The position numbers were made by a program, and so were the translations under genes. Shown piece after piece: positions 45,993 to 55,966 of a stretch of DNA of 64,000 nucleotides. Every line of letters begins with the position of its first letter. The stretch's first letter is position 1. Source of the DNA: Candidatus Dormiibacterota bacterium (GTDB lineage Bacteria; Chloroflexota; Dormibacteria; Dormibacterales; Dormibacteraceae); contig DATEHQ010000182.1 of NCBI GenBank assembly GCA_035279525.1, positions 2,991-66,990 on the forward strand, written 5' to 3'. The notes beneath the pieces are model-generated. The model ran no database searches. It was not told the DNA's origin and was given only the letters and a program-made list of their open reading frames with translations.

Positions 45993-46132
45993 TTCCATCT
46001 CCTATGTCTCTCGAACTCAAGGCCAACTCAACTAGCGGGCCTGTTCGAGAAACTGGAGCCTGCAGAGAGCGCCGGCGCTTCGCCGGCTACAGGGAGTATA
46101 CCCGGAACGGCCAAGACCTATTCCCCACCGTT

Positions 46133-48004
46133 TTACCCCACCAGTTCCGAGGCTTTGCCGTGAACTCGCGGGGACCCCTGAACCGCGAGCCTCCTGGCCC
46201 GGGATTGGTCGACCTCCGTCAGGTGCCGTTTGCGCAGGCGAAGGTGCTTCGGTGTGACCTCGAGCAGCTCGTCGTCGGCGAGGAAATCGAGGGACTGCTC
46301 GAGGCTCAGCCGCGACGCCGGCGTGAGACGGACCGAGATGTCGGATGTCGAGGACCGGATGTTGGACTGCTTCTTTTCGCGGCACACGTTGACGCGGATG
46401 TCGCCAGGCCGCTTCTGGATGCCGACGATCATGCCCTCGTACACCTCTTCACCCGGCTCGATGAAGGTCGTCCCGCGTTCCTGCGCGCCCGCGAGACCGA
46501 AGGCCAGCGACTTCCCGGCCGACGAGGCGGTGAGGGCGCCGTTGCGCTGCTCGCGGAACTCCCCCGCCCACGGCCGGTAACCGATGCCGATCGAGCCCAT
46601 GAGCCCGTTGCCCGCCGTCAGGGTGAGGAACGCGTTCCGGAAACCGATCAGGCCGCGCGTCGGTATCAGGTACTCGAGTCGCACGCCGCCGCGTTTGTCG
46701 TACACGATCTCGATCATCTCGCCGCGTCGCTTGCCGAGCGCTTCCGTCACCCCGCCGAGGTATTCCTCGCGCACGTCGACCGTGAGGCGCTCGACCGGCT
46801 CCATGCGCTGGCCGTTGATCACCTTGACGATCGCCTCCGGCCGCGAGACTTCGAACTCGTAACCCTCGCGGCGCATGGTCTCGATCAGCACCGCGAGGTG
46901 AAGCTCGCCCCGGCCGCTGACCAGGAACCGCTCCGCGGCATCCGTGTCCTCCACGTGCAGACCCAGATTCGTGTCGAGCTCCTTGTAGAGGCGCGCGCGG
47001 AGCTGTCGCGTGGTGGAGAACTTGCCTTCGCGTCCTGTGAAAGGCGCGGTGTTGACGCCGAAGGTCATGCGCACCGTGGGCTCGTCGATCTCGATCCGCG
47101 GCAGGGGGTCGGGGGACTCCGGATCCGCAAGAGTGTCGCCGATCGCGATCTCCTCGAGACCGGTCAGCAGGGCGATATCGCCGGCGCTGGCTGCCGGCAC
47201 CGGTACCCGGTCCAGCCCCCGATAGAGGAGGACCTGGACCACCCGGACGCGCCGGGCATCTCCTCCGGCGCCGAGCACCGCGACCACGTCGCCGGGCTGC
47301 ACGCTGCCGCGGCTGATGCGCCCGATCGCCATCGTGCCGGTGTAGTCGTCGTAGGCGCGGTTCGCGACCAGCATCTGGAAGCCGCCTTCCTGGGCGACCG
47401 GCGCGGGAACGTGCTCGATGATCGTCTTGAACAGCGGTTCGAGGTCCGGCGACAGGTCGGCCGGGTCCATGCCCGCGCGGCCTTGCTTGGCGATCGCGTA
47501 CACCACGGGCGCCTCGAGCTGGTCGGCGTCCTCGGCGAGCTCGAGGAAAAGGTCGTGGACCTTGTCCAGCGCCGCCTTGGGGTCGGCGTTGGCGCGGTCG
47601 ACCTTGTTGATCACGACGACGATCCTCAGCCCGACCTCGAACGCCTTGCGCAGGACAAAGCGCGTCTGGGGCATCGGCCCCTCGGCCGCGTCGACAAGCA
47701 AGAGGCAGCCGTCCGCCATGTTCAGGACCCGCTCGACCTCGCCACCGAAATCGGCGTGGCCCGGAGTGTCGATGATGTTGATCGTCACGTCGCCGTGTCG
47801 GATCGACGTGTTCTTGGCCAGGATCGTGATTCCCTTCTCACGCTCGAGGTCGTTGGTGTCCATGATCAGCGAACCGACCTCCTGGTTCTCCCGGAACGTG
47901 TGGCTCTGCTTGAGCAGCGCGTCGACCAGGGTGGTCTTGCCGTGGTCTACGTGCGCGATGATCGCTACGTTTCGGATGTCGTGCCTGAGGTTGGCCATGG
48001 TCAT
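46133..48004 (-). CDS. typA: Translational GTPase TypA/BipA
   Basis: IRNVAIIAHVDHGKTTLVD, DTPGHADFGGEVER and NKVDR, plus EF-G-like downstream domains. It is embedded in the artefactual 1359-aa ORF. Confidence 0.9.
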   Translation of the reverse strand: MTMANLRHDIRNVAIIAHVDHGKTTLVDALLKQSHTFRENQEVGSLIMDTNDLEREKGITILAKNTSIRHGDVTINIIDTPGHADFGGEVERVLNMADGCLLLVDAAEGPMPQTRFVLRKAFEVGLRIVVVINKVDRANADPKAALDKVHDLFLELAEDADQLEAPVVYAIAKQGRAGMDPADLSPDLEPLFKTIIEHVPAPVAQEGGFQMLVANRAYDDYTGTMAIGRISRGSVQPGDVVAVLGAGGDARRVRVVQVLLYRGLDRVPVPAASAGDIALLTGLEEIAIGDTLADPESPDPLPRIEIDEPTVRMTFGVNTAPFTGREGKFSTTRQLRARLYKELDTNLGLHVEDTDAAERFLVSGRGELHLAVLIETMRREGYEFEVSRPEAIVKVINGQRMEPVERLTVDVREEYLGGVTEALGKRRGEMIEIVYDKRGGVRLEYLIPTRGLIGFRNAFLTLTAGNGLMGSIGIGYRPWAGEFREQRNGALTASSAGKSLAFGLAGAQERGTTFIEPGEEVYEGMIVGIQKRPGDIRVNVCREKKQSNIRSSTSDISVRLTPASRLSLEQSLDFLADDELLEVTPKHLRLRKRHLTEVDQSRARRLAVQGSPRVHGKASELVG

Positions 48005-48034
48005 GGTCGGCACACGGCAATATACGTGGCGCGC

Positions 48035-49825
48035 ATGAAGATCCATCTCGCGCGGGCCCTGCTCGGCCTGGTCGGGTGCTCCCTGATGACGCTGGCCACA
48101 GCCGCCCCCGCGCATGCCGACGAGGCCTGGACGATCACCTCCTTCCATTCGGAGATCGCCATCGGGACCGATTCGATGCTGACCGTCCAGGAGGACATCC
48201 ACGTCGATTTCGGCTCGCTCCAGAAGCACGGCATCTTCCGCACCATCCCGCTCCGGTACCGCTACGACGACACCCGCGACCGCTACTACCTCCTTCACGT
48301 CATCTCGGTCACCGACGGTCTGAGACAGCTCACCTACACCACGTCGATCGATAGCGACAACGAGGTGATCAAGATCGGCGACCCGACCTTCCTGGTCACG
48401 GGGATGAACCGGTACGTCATCACCTACACCGTCCGCGGCGCGATGAACTCGTTCTCCGACCACGACGAGCTTTCCTGGAACGTCGACGGCGCGCTGTGGC
48501 CTGTGCCGAAGCAGTCTGTCAGCGCAACCATCGCCTTTCCAGGCACAGCGCTCGAGGCCGCGGCGTGCTACCAGGGACCGACCGGCTCGCGCGACCCCTG
48601 CGGCCACACCAACACCTCGAGCACGATCGACTTCGCCACCACGCGCCTGCTGGCATCGGGCGAGCAGATGACGATCGTCGCGGGGTTGAGGAAGGGGTTC
48701 GTCCACGTGCCGCCCCCGCTGCTCGAGCCGCGCCGCCGCCAGTTCCCGGCTGACGCCTTCGACATCACTCCCCTGACGGTCGGCGCGAGCCTGGCGGTAT
48801 TCGTCGCCGGCGTCGCCCTGGTCGTGTGGATGTGGTGGCTGCACGGCCGCGACCGCGCCTACATCGGCCACTACTACTCCGGCCCCGACACGCGCGTCCA
48901 CGCCGCGCCACTTTTCGACCACGACCCGGTGGTGGTCGAGTTCGGGCCGCCCCAGGGTATGCGTCCGGCACAGCTCGGGCTGCTGCTCGACGAGAGCGCG
49001 GACGCCAAGGACGTGACCGCCTCGATCGTCGACCTCGCCGTCCGTGGCAACCTCACGATCAGCGAGGTGCCGGGTCAGAAGGACTGGCTCTTCACCTGGA
49101 AGGGTGGCGAGGTGACCAGCCTGCAGCAGTACGAGAAGACGCTGCTCGACGGCATCTTCGCCGGTCGCCAGCAGGTCAAGCTGTCGGAGCTGCGCGGCTC
49201 CTTTGCGCCATCCCTGAGGCTGGTCGAGAGCCAGATCTACTCCGACGCGATGGCTCGCCACCTCTTCACCACGCGGCCGGACTGGGCGCGCGGCGGGTGG
49301 GGATGCCTCGGGGTGGGCATCATCGGGCTCGGCTTCGCGCTGACATTCCTCCTGGGCGTCGCGTTCGGCTGGGGGTTGATCGGGTTCGCGGTGGCCCTGG
49401 CCGGCGGGGTGCTGGCCGGGATGCACCGCGCCATGCCGCAGCGCTCCGCGGCCGGGCGCGACCTCATGCAGCACGCGCTCGGCTTCCGCCTGTACATGAC
49501 GACGGCGGAGAAGTACAGGCAGCAGTTCGCGGCGAAGGCCGACATCTTCACCCAGCTGCTGCCGTACGCCATCGTCTTCGGCTGCGTCACCCTCTGGGCC
49601 AAGGCGTTCGAAGGAATCGACATCGCGGCCGGGGGCGGCGCCGGGTGGTACTCGGGTGCCGGGCCCTTCCAGGCCGCCGTCCTGGCGAGCTCCCTGGAGA
49701 CGATGAACACCAACATCTCGAGCGCGATCTCCTACACGCCGCCGAGCTCCGGGAGCTCGAGCGGCTTCGGGGGCGGGGGGTTCTCGGGCGGTGGTGGTGG
49801 CGGCGGCGGCGGCGGTTCCTGGTAG
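48035..49825 (+). CDS. DUF2207-family membrane protein
   Basis: Signal peptide, extracytoplasmic beta domain, TM helices and the characteristic Gly-rich tail GGGGFSGGGGGGGGGGSW. Confidence 0.8.
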   Translation: MKIHLARALLGLVGCSLMTLATAAPAHADEAWTITSFHSEIAIGTDSMLTVQEDIHVDFGSLQKHGIFRTIPLRYRYDDTRDRYYLLHVISVTDGLRQLTYTTSIDSDNEVIKIGDPTFLVTGMNRYVITYTVRGAMNSFSDHDELSWNVDGALWPVPKQSVSATIAFPGTALEAAACYQGPTGSRDPCGHTNTSSTIDFATTRLLASGEQMTIVAGLRKGFVHVPPPLLEPRRRQFPADAFDITPLTVGASLAVFVAGVALVVWMWWLHGRDRAYIGHYYSGPDTRVHAAPLFDHDPVVVEFGPPQGMRPAQLGLLLDESADAKDVTASIVDLAVRGNLTISEVPGQKDWLFTWKGGEVTSLQQYEKTLLDGIFAGRQQVKLSELRGSFAPSLRLVESQIYSDAMARHLFTTRPDWARGGWGCLGVGIIGLGFALTFLLGVAFGWGLIGFAVALAGGVLAGMHRAMPQRSAAGRDLMQHALGFRLYMTTAEKYRQQFAAKADIFTQLLPYAIVFGCVTLWAKAFEGIDIAAGGGAGWYSGAGPFQAAVLASSLETMNTNISSAISYTPPSSGSSSGFGGGGFSGGGGGGGGGGSW

Positions 49826-49927
49826 CCCCGCGCTTGCAAAGCCCGGTTGGTTCGGATTCAATTTGACCTGAGCTGACCGGAGCGCCCCGTGATTGAGGCG
49901 CGGGGGCGCCGGCGGCCTTGGGGAGTG

Positions 49928-51856
49928 ATGGCAATGCTGCTGGCTTTTCACCAGGTCTATCAGCCCGTCATCGACAGCATCCTGCTCTCGGCGCTGGTCG
50001 CCGGACTGCCGCTGTATGTGCTTTTCGTCATGCTCGCCGTCCTTCGCCTGCCCGCCTGGTTGAGCGCGCTTGCCTCGCTTGTGGTGGCGGCGCTGCTCGG
50101 GTGGATCGTCTGGGGCATGCCGTTCGGCATCACGCTCGGCGCCACGACAGAGGGCATGGCTTTCGGGCTCTGGCCCATCAGCTGGATCGTGCTCAACGCG
50201 ATCGTCTTCCACAACCTGACCGTGGCGAGCGGCGACTTCGACGTGATCAAACGCTCGCTGACGCGGCTCACCCGTGACCGCCGGCTTCAGGCCCTGCTCA
50301 TCGCGTTCAGCTTCGGCGCGCTGCTCGAGGGCATCGCCGGATTCGGCGCGCCGGTGGCGATCAGCGCCTCGATCCTGGCGAGCCTGGGCTTCGAACCCGT
50401 GACGGCGGCGGTCCTGTCACTGCTCGCCAACACCGCCCCGGTGGCGTTCGGCTCGATCGGCATCCCGGTCGTGACGCTGGGCGGCCTGGTGGCGCCGATC
50501 CTGCACAAGGATCCGACCCAGACCACGCTCGCCCTCTCGGCGATGGTGGGCAGGCAGCTTCCGCTCTTCTCGATCATCATCCCCGCCTACCTGATCGTGG
50601 TCCTGGCCGGGTGGAGGCGGATGAGAGAGATCCTGCCGGCGGTGCTGGTCTGCGGCGTGTCGTTCGCGGTCGTCCAGTTCCTGGTCGCGAACTTCGTCGG
50701 CCCCCAGCTGACGGACATCATCGCCGCGCTCGTCTCGATGGGATGCCTGGCGCTGCTGCTGCGGTTCTGGAGGCCGAAAGAGGTCTGGCAGTTCGCGCAC
50801 GAGACGCCGACCGCCGCGGTGGCTGAACGAGGTCCCGGCGCAGCCGGCAGGCCGCGCGAGGCGGACCTTCCGGGACAGGCGGCCCGCGGTGCGGCATCGC
50901 CGTTCGACGTCGCGGACTCTCCCGGCCGCGTCCTCCGGGCGTACGCGATGTACCTCGTGCTGGTGATCGTGATCCTGGTCGGTCAGATGGGCAACCTGCC
51001 GTTCTGGGCCGGCAAGCCGGTGGGCGACCCGAAGACCGCGCTGGGCACTCCGTGGAACATCACGGCCGACCTCAACTGCGGTGCGCCCGCCTACAAGCTG
51101 TGCCTGCTGCCGTGGGTCGGGCCCGATCCGGCGAAGGATCGCCAGGCGTTCAAGTTCCCGGTCTGGAACTTCTACTGGCCCGGCACGTACCAGCTCAACG
51201 CAAAGGGCGCGCCGGTGTCGCTGGTCTTCAACGAAAAGCCGATCGTCAAAACCTCGACCGCGTACACCAATCCGTTCAAGTGGGACTTCCTCGCCGCGGC
51301 GGGCTCGCTGGTCCTCTACGCCGACGTGATCGCGTTCCTGCTGATGCTCGGCATGGGCGCGCGGCTCAACTTTTTCACGGTTTACGCCCGTACTGTGAGA
51401 CAGCTCGCGTTGCCGATCCTGACCATCGCCTTCATCCTCGGCATCGCCTACGTAATGAACTACTCAGGTATGACTTCGAGCCTTGCCATCGCGCTGTCGA
51501 AGACCGGCTTCATATTCCCGTTCGTCGCCGCGTTCCTCGGGTGGCTTGGCGTCTTTCTCACCGGGAGCGATACGTCGTCCAACACGCTGTTCGGACCTCT
51601 GCAGGCGCAGACGGCTCAGCAGCTGGGCAACGTCAGCCCGATCCTCACGGCCGCGACCAACTCGTCAGGCGGCGTGATGGGCAAGATGATCAGCCCTCAG
51701 AACCTGTCGGTCGGCGCGGCCGGCGTGAACAAGGTAGGCGCGGAGGGCGAGATCTTCCGCCGCGTCATCCGCTACAGCCTGATCCTGACCGCCGCGGTCG
51801 GCGTGGTGGCGATGATCGAGGCCTACGTGATCCCGGCGATCATTCCGTCGCCCTAG
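49928..51856 (+). CDS. lctP: L-lactate permease (LctP family)
   Basis: LctP-like N-terminus (SALVAGLPLYVLFVML..., GMAFGLWPISWIVLNAIV) and C-terminal blocks (GSDTSSNTLFG, GGVMGKMISPQN). Confidence 0.85.
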   Translation: MAMLLAFHQVYQPVIDSILLSALVAGLPLYVLFVMLAVLRLPAWLSALASLVVAALLGWIVWGMPFGITLGATTEGMAFGLWPISWIVLNAIVFHNLTVASGDFDVIKRSLTRLTRDRRLQALLIAFSFGALLEGIAGFGAPVAISASILASLGFEPVTAAVLSLLANTAPVAFGSIGIPVVTLGGLVAPILHKDPTQTTLALSAMVGRQLPLFSIIIPAYLIVVLAGWRRMREILPAVLVCGVSFAVVQFLVANFVGPQLTDIIAALVSMGCLALLLRFWRPKEVWQFAHETPTAAVAERGPGAAGRPREADLPGQAARGAASPFDVADSPGRVLRAYAMYLVLVIVILVGQMGNLPFWAGKPVGDPKTALGTPWNITADLNCGAPAYKLCLLPWVGPDPAKDRQAFKFPVWNFYWPGTYQLNAKGAPVSLVFNEKPIVKTSTAYTNPFKWDFLAAAGSLVLYADVIAFLLMLGMGARLNFFTVYARTVRQLALPILTIAFILGIAYVMNYSGMTSSLAIALSKTGFIFPFVAAFLGWLGVFLTGSDTSSNTLFGPLQAQTAQQLGNVSPILTAATNSSGGVMGKMISPQNLSVGAAGVNKVGAEGEIFRRVIRYSLILTAAVGVVAMIEAYVIPAIIPSP

Positions 51857-52169
51857 CCTTCGCGGCGATGTAGCGCTCGTACTGCAGCCGGAAGAGCTCG
51901 ATCACTGATCGGGCGTCTTCCGGCCCGGTGATCCACACGCTGACCCAGCCGGTATCGGGCAGGACATGGTGCGGCTGGGCGCGTCCCGCCTGGATCATCT
52001 CGTCGTGCAGCTTGCGAGGCAAGGGGAGATCAGCCAGGCGATCGCCGTGGACGTGGCCCATCTCCTTTCGCCCGACCCGGTACTCGACGCCTCCGAATCG
52101 ATGCGGATACGCGTCGACGCCCTCCCATGAGGTGACCTCTTCGCGAATCAGCTCACCGGCGCGCTTCAT
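51840..52169 (-). CDS. Small conserved hypothetical protein (DUF5519-like, tentative)
   Basis: 109 aa with an ATG start. The pattern HRFGGVEYRVGRKEMGHVHGDRLADLP resembles the luciferase-like/DUF5519 family as I remember it. Confidence 0.5.
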   Translation of the reverse strand: MKRAGELIREEVTSWEGVDAYPHRFGGVEYRVGRKEMGHVHGDRLADLPLPRKLHDEMIQAGRAQPHHVLPDTGWVSVWITGPEDARSVIELFRLQYERYIAAKARATE

Positions 52170-52190
52170 TTCCGTCCATCATCATCCGGC

Positions 52191-53855
52191 GTGTACGACT
52201 TTATCGTCGTCGGCTCGGGCTTCGGCGGGTCGGTCTCCGCGCTGCGCCTCGCCGAGAAGGGTTACCGGGTCGCGGTGCTGGAGGCGGGCAAACGTTTCAC
52301 GCCCGACGACTTCGCGAAGACGAACTGGAACCTGCGCCGCTATCTATGGATGCCCCGACTCTTCTGCCACGGCATCATGCGACTCACGCTGCTCCGCGAG
52401 GCGTTGGTCGGATCGGGCTCCGGTGTAGGCGGCGGCAGCCTGGTGTACGCCAACACGCTGCCGGTCCCCGGCGCAGATGTTTTCACGCGTCCCGAGTGGC
52501 CCGCCGGCCTGAACGAAGACGCCCTGCGCCCGCATTACGCGACGGCCGAGCGAATGCTGGGCGCGACCACCAACCCGCGGCTGACGCAGGCGGACCTGGT
52601 GATGAAAGAGTGTGCAGAGGAGATGGGCAAGGCGGAGACGTTCGCCCCGACCGAGGTGGCCGTCTTCTTCGGCGAACCTGGCAAGACGGTGGCGGATCCC
52701 TTCTTCGGCGGCGCTGGTCCGGATCGCGCGGGTTGTGTGTTCTGCGGCGGCTGTATCGTCGGTTGCCGCCACAACGCCAAGAACACGCTCGACAAAAACT
52801 ACCTGTACCTGGCCGAGAAGCTGGGCGTCGAGGTCTACGCGGAGACCCAGGTCGACCGCGTTGAAGCGCTTGCAGTGGGATACAGGCTGATGAGCTTTCG
52901 CAGCACTGGTCTGTTCGGTCGCGGCGGCAGGGCGTGGCTGGCGAAGAACGTGGTCCTCGCGGCGGGCGTGCTTGGCACTGTCGAGCTCCTGCTGCGAGCT
53001 CGCGAACGGGGTTCGCTGCCGCGCCTCTCGCCCGCCGTCGGGCAACGCGTGCGAACGAACAGCGAGGCGATCGTCGGCGCAACGTCGCGTAAAAGGCACG
53101 CGGATTTCACCGACGGGATCGCGATCACCTCAGGCATCCATCCCGACGAGGTCACGCACATTCAACCCGTCCGCTATCCACGCGGCTCGGACTTCATCGC
53201 GCTCCTGGCCAAACCCCTGACGGACGGCGGCCCAGGACTCCCGCGCCCCCTTCGCTTCTTCAGGAACTGCCTTACGCATCCGGGCGACCTCGCCCGCTCG
53301 ATCCTGCCGTTCGGCTGGGCACAGCGGACGATCCTCCTGCTTGTCATGCAGACCACCGAAAACCACTTCCGGCTGGTCCTGAAGCGGAGATGGTTCTGGC
53401 CTTTCCGAAGTGCCCTCGCGTCAACTCCGGCGGAGGCGGGTGGCCGGCACTCTCCCTCCTACATCCCGATCGCCAACGACATGGCGCGCCGGGTGGCGAG
53501 GAAGATCGACGGCTGGCCGTCGAGCTCGATCAACGAGGTGCTCTTCGACATCCCGAGCACCGCTCACATCCTCGGCGGCGCCGTGATCGGCAGCGACCCG
53601 CAGACCGCGGTCTGCGACGAGCGCCATGAGGCGTTCGGTCATCCCGGATTGTTCGTGATCGACGGCTCGTCCGTCCCGGTGAACCTGGGCGTGAACCCGG
53701 CGCTCACAATCACTGCACTGGCCGAGCACGCGATGAGCCTGGTCTCGCCGCGAACCACGGCCGACGGACCGGGGGGTGCCGGTTCAAAGCCTGCGATTGG
53801 CCTTCGGGCCTCGCCTGAAACCCAAGGACCGAACATGGATTCGCAGCGGCAATAG
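52191..53855 (+). CDS. GMC-family FAD-dependent oxidoreductase (cholesterol-oxidase-like)
   Basis: N-terminal FAD motif DFIVVGSGFGGSVSALRLAEKGYRVAVLEAG and the C-terminal GMC block (AHILGGA, DGSSVP.NLGVNP). Confidence 0.85.
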   Translation: MYDFIVVGSGFGGSVSALRLAEKGYRVAVLEAGKRFTPDDFAKTNWNLRRYLWMPRLFCHGIMRLTLLREALVGSGSGVGGGSLVYANTLPVPGADVFTRPEWPAGLNEDALRPHYATAERMLGATTNPRLTQADLVMKECAEEMGKAETFAPTEVAVFFGEPGKTVADPFFGGAGPDRAGCVFCGGCIVGCRHNAKNTLDKNYLYLAEKLGVEVYAETQVDRVEALAVGYRLMSFRSTGLFGRGGRAWLAKNVVLAAGVLGTVELLLRARERGSLPRLSPAVGQRVRTNSEAIVGATSRKRHADFTDGIAITSGIHPDEVTHIQPVRYPRGSDFIALLAKPLTDGGPGLPRPLRFFRNCLTHPGDLARSILPFGWAQRTILLLVMQTTENHFRLVLKRRWFWPFRSALASTPAEAGGRHSPSYIPIANDMARRVARKIDGWPSSSINEVLFDIPSTAHILGGAVIGSDPQTAVCDERHEAFGHPGLFVIDGSSVPVNLGVNPALTITALAEHAMSLVSPRTTADGPGGAGSKPAIGLRASPETQGPNMDSQRQ

Positions 53856-53885
53856 GGTACGTACTAGTCAACAAAGTCGCTAAAG

Positions 53886-53914
53886 TTGACAAACTCGCGA
53901 TCGAAGGCTAAAGT
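53886..53914 (+). promoter_or_regulatory. Sigma70-like promoter TTGACA-17 nt-TAAAGT, likely giving a leaderless mRNA for the HTH gene
   Basis: TTGACA at 53886-53891, exact 17-nt spacer, TAAAGT at 53909-53914, and ATG at 53922 (8 nt after the -10). The inverted repeat GTCAAC (53867-53872) / GTTGAC (53885-53890) overlaps the -35. Confidence 0.4.
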
Positions 53915-53921
53915 GTGTCCA

Positions 53922-54182
53922 ATGGCAGCTGCGATCCCGACCCTGCTCAATGTTCGTGAGACTGCACGGCGGCTCGGCGTCTCCGAGGCGACGGTCCGGA
54001 ACTGGGCTAACCGAGGTGTGCTGCGAGCTGGCCGCCTTCCGGGCTCTGGCTTTCGACGCTTTGACGTCGGCCAGATAGAGCGTATGCGGCAGGAGATGCT
54101 CACCCAACTAGCGCCCTTCGATGAAGGCCCAGTGATTGAGCGACCGGCGCGTGGCCGAATCGTTCGTGGGGACGACGACTGA
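53922..54182 (+). CDS. Excisionase/MerR-family helix-turn-helix DNA-binding protein
   Basis: LLNVRETARRLGVSEATVRNWANRGVLRAGRLPGSGFRRFDVGQIERM is a typical excisionase-type HTH. Confidence 0.65.
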   Translation: MAAAIPTLLNVRETARRLGVSEATVRNWANRGVLRAGRLPGSGFRRFDVGQIERMRQEMLTQLAPFDEGPVIERPARGRIVRGDDD

Positions 54183-54197
54183 AGCTAGAGTTGGCCG

Positions 54198-54755
54198 GTG
54201 CCGGAGATCCGACCCGCCGACGCGGCGTATTACGAAATACGGATCCCGCACCTGAGCCAGGGCGACATCTTCCGAGAGGTTCCGCTCGCGTACCCGGTCC
54301 CTGGACAGATCGTTGAGCAGCAGACGAGCGGCGGTGTCCGTCACTTTCTGGCCGGTCCCTTGGAGATCGGGCCGGCCATGCTCATCACGCCAACCTGCTC
54401 CATGCGGGCGCAGAAGGAACCGGGAAAATATGCGCATCCCGTGCGCACGCTGGTTCCGATCATGCCGATCGAATGGTTACTCGAGAAAGAATTACTGGAC
54501 GACAGCAAGATCGGGCTCGTACGCAAGTACGACGGCCTGATCAACTACATGTACCTTCCCCAGCATGATGCCAGCGGCCTGCCCGAGAGCCTAGCTCTCC
54601 TGTACATGCCCGTGACCATGCACCACGAGATCATCGACGGCCTACGAACCACCCAACTTGCTGCCGAAGGCGCTCGCCAACTCCACCGCAAGCTGGTGTG
54701 GTTCGAAACCTCGTGGCAGGAACCGCGCGCTACGTTCGATCCGGCACTCGATTAG
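54198..54755 (+). CDS. Hypothetical protein (no recognisable domain)
   Basis: 185 aa with a GTG start 16 nt after the HTH gene stop. Coding-like composition, with lower GC3 than the core genes. Confidence 0.45.
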   Translation: MPEIRPADAAYYEIRIPHLSQGDIFREVPLAYPVPGQIVEQQTSGGVRHFLAGPLEIGPAMLITPTCSMRAQKEPGKYAHPVRTLVPIMPIEWLLEKELLDDSKIGLVRKYDGLINYMYLPQHDASGLPESLALLYMPVTMHHEIIDGLRTTQLAAEGARQLHRKLVWFETSWQEPRATFDPALD

Positions 54756-54802
54756 AACGAGGCCGTTCCCTTGCGGCTCTTTGATACCCAGCACGGCAGA
54801 CC

Positions 54803-55906
54803 TCACATGCGAGCCAGCAGATCTGCCTTCTTTGTCGCGAACTCCTCATCGGTGAGTAGCCCGTTGTCGCGCAGCTCAGCAAGCTGCTTGATCTTGCCGG
54901 GAATATCTTCGACTGGGGGCGAGCTAGGTGCGGCCATCGACTGAGAACCGATTCCGCGACGCTGCCTTGCGGCACTGGACGCATCTTGCATCTTCTGCGC
55001 GAGACCCGGTGCCTTGTCAGTCTCAAAGACGAGAGCCAATCGACGGGAGCCGTCATCGTATTCAACGTTCAGGTACTGGTGGTGATGGCCGGCTTGCTTC
55101 TTCCAGGCGAACGCGAACACGCCGACTGCGAGCAACCGAGTTGCCGTGACACGACGCTCGATTTCGTTCTGTGTCTGAGCCATGGCGGAGACAAAGGCCA
55201 GGTCGTACTGCGCTTGCTTGAAGCCGGACCGTAGTTGCAGGAAGTCACCAGAGAGCGAAAGCCCGACCTTGCTTCCTGGCTTGAAGTCGGGAGATCCGCC
55301 GACCAACTCGATTCCCATGATGCTTAAGGGCACTGATGGCGCCTTCGTCTTTGACGGTGGGACCCCCAGGCCTTGGGCGATCGGCAGTGAGTCTGGCGCC
55401 AACAGGCCACCGTGGGCAGTGAAGTCAGAGACCACCCCGGCAGCATCGCCGCATGAAAAGACAAAGTCTTCAACATGACCATCTGACGCCGTACACGAAA
55501 TCCGAAACTGATCCGGGCCGAGGAGCGCCGCCCTCGCCCCAGCGAGTGGGTAATCGCCGGTTTTGAAGCCGGCTCGGAAGGTGATCTTGCGTCCCTCCAT
55601 GACAGGCAGCACAACGGCACCCACGTGCCAGCCAGAAGGTCCAGAGACCAACTTGGCAACGTTGGTGATGCCGGTCAAACGCACCTTGCCCTTGACGACG
55701 AGATCTTGAGTAGCCGCGTCCGTTAAAGGTGAAGAGAGCTCGGCAGACGTGGCAACAGCTGACTTCTCGCCGTCTGTGCTTGGCGCCGCATCGGCACTAT
55801 CACCATCCGAGGGTCCTTCCGACGCTGGAATCCATGTTGTGCCGTCCCACCACCACTGACGGTCCGCGGACCACTGCGGGGCCGCGCTACTAGACGAGTC
55901 GTCCAT
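54803..55906 (-). CDS. SHOCT-domain protein with an N-terminal W-rich (DUF2510-like) motif
   Basis: The C-terminus IKQLAELRDNGLLTDEEFATKKADLLARM is a SHOCT motif. The N-terminus has RQWWWDGTTWIP. The start is taken at ATG 55906, after GAGGAAAGG. Confidence 0.6.
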   Translation of the reverse strand: MDDSSSSAAPQWSADRQWWWDGTTWIPASEGPSDGDSADAAPSTDGEKSAVATSAELSSPLTDAATQDLVVKGKVRLTGITNVAKLVSGPSGWHVGAVVLPVMEGRKITFRAGFKTGDYPLAGARAALLGPDQFRISCTASDGHVEDFVFSCGDAAGVVSDFTAHGGLLAPDSLPIAQGLGVPPSKTKAPSVPLSIMGIELVGGSPDFKPGSKVGLSLSGDFLQLRSGFKQAQYDLAFVSAMAQTQNEIERRVTATRLLAVGVFAFAWKKQAGHHHQYLNVEYDDGSRRLALVFETDKAPGLAQKMQDASSAARQRRGIGSQSMAAPSSPPVEDIPGKIKQLAELRDNGLLTDEEFATKKADLLARM

Positions 55907-55966
55907 CCTTTCCTCAAAGAACCGCTGCCGGATTGCCGCTAGCTTAGTGGAGCCGATTTCCACTCA

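Noticed and set aside
46004-50212. Two very long overlapping ORFs (1273 aa on + and 1359 aa on -) that could be taken for giant proteins
   Set aside because: Only parts of each look like real protein: typA on the minus strand (46133..48004) and the DUF2207 gene on the plus strand (48035..49825). The remainders are Arg/Gly/Pro-rich antisense read-through, typical of high-GC DNA.
50780-51330. Extra-long central region of the lactate permease as a possible inserted domain
   Set aside because: LctP proteins have a variable central loop and helix region, and I cannot quantify the excess without an alignment. There is no independent domain signature.
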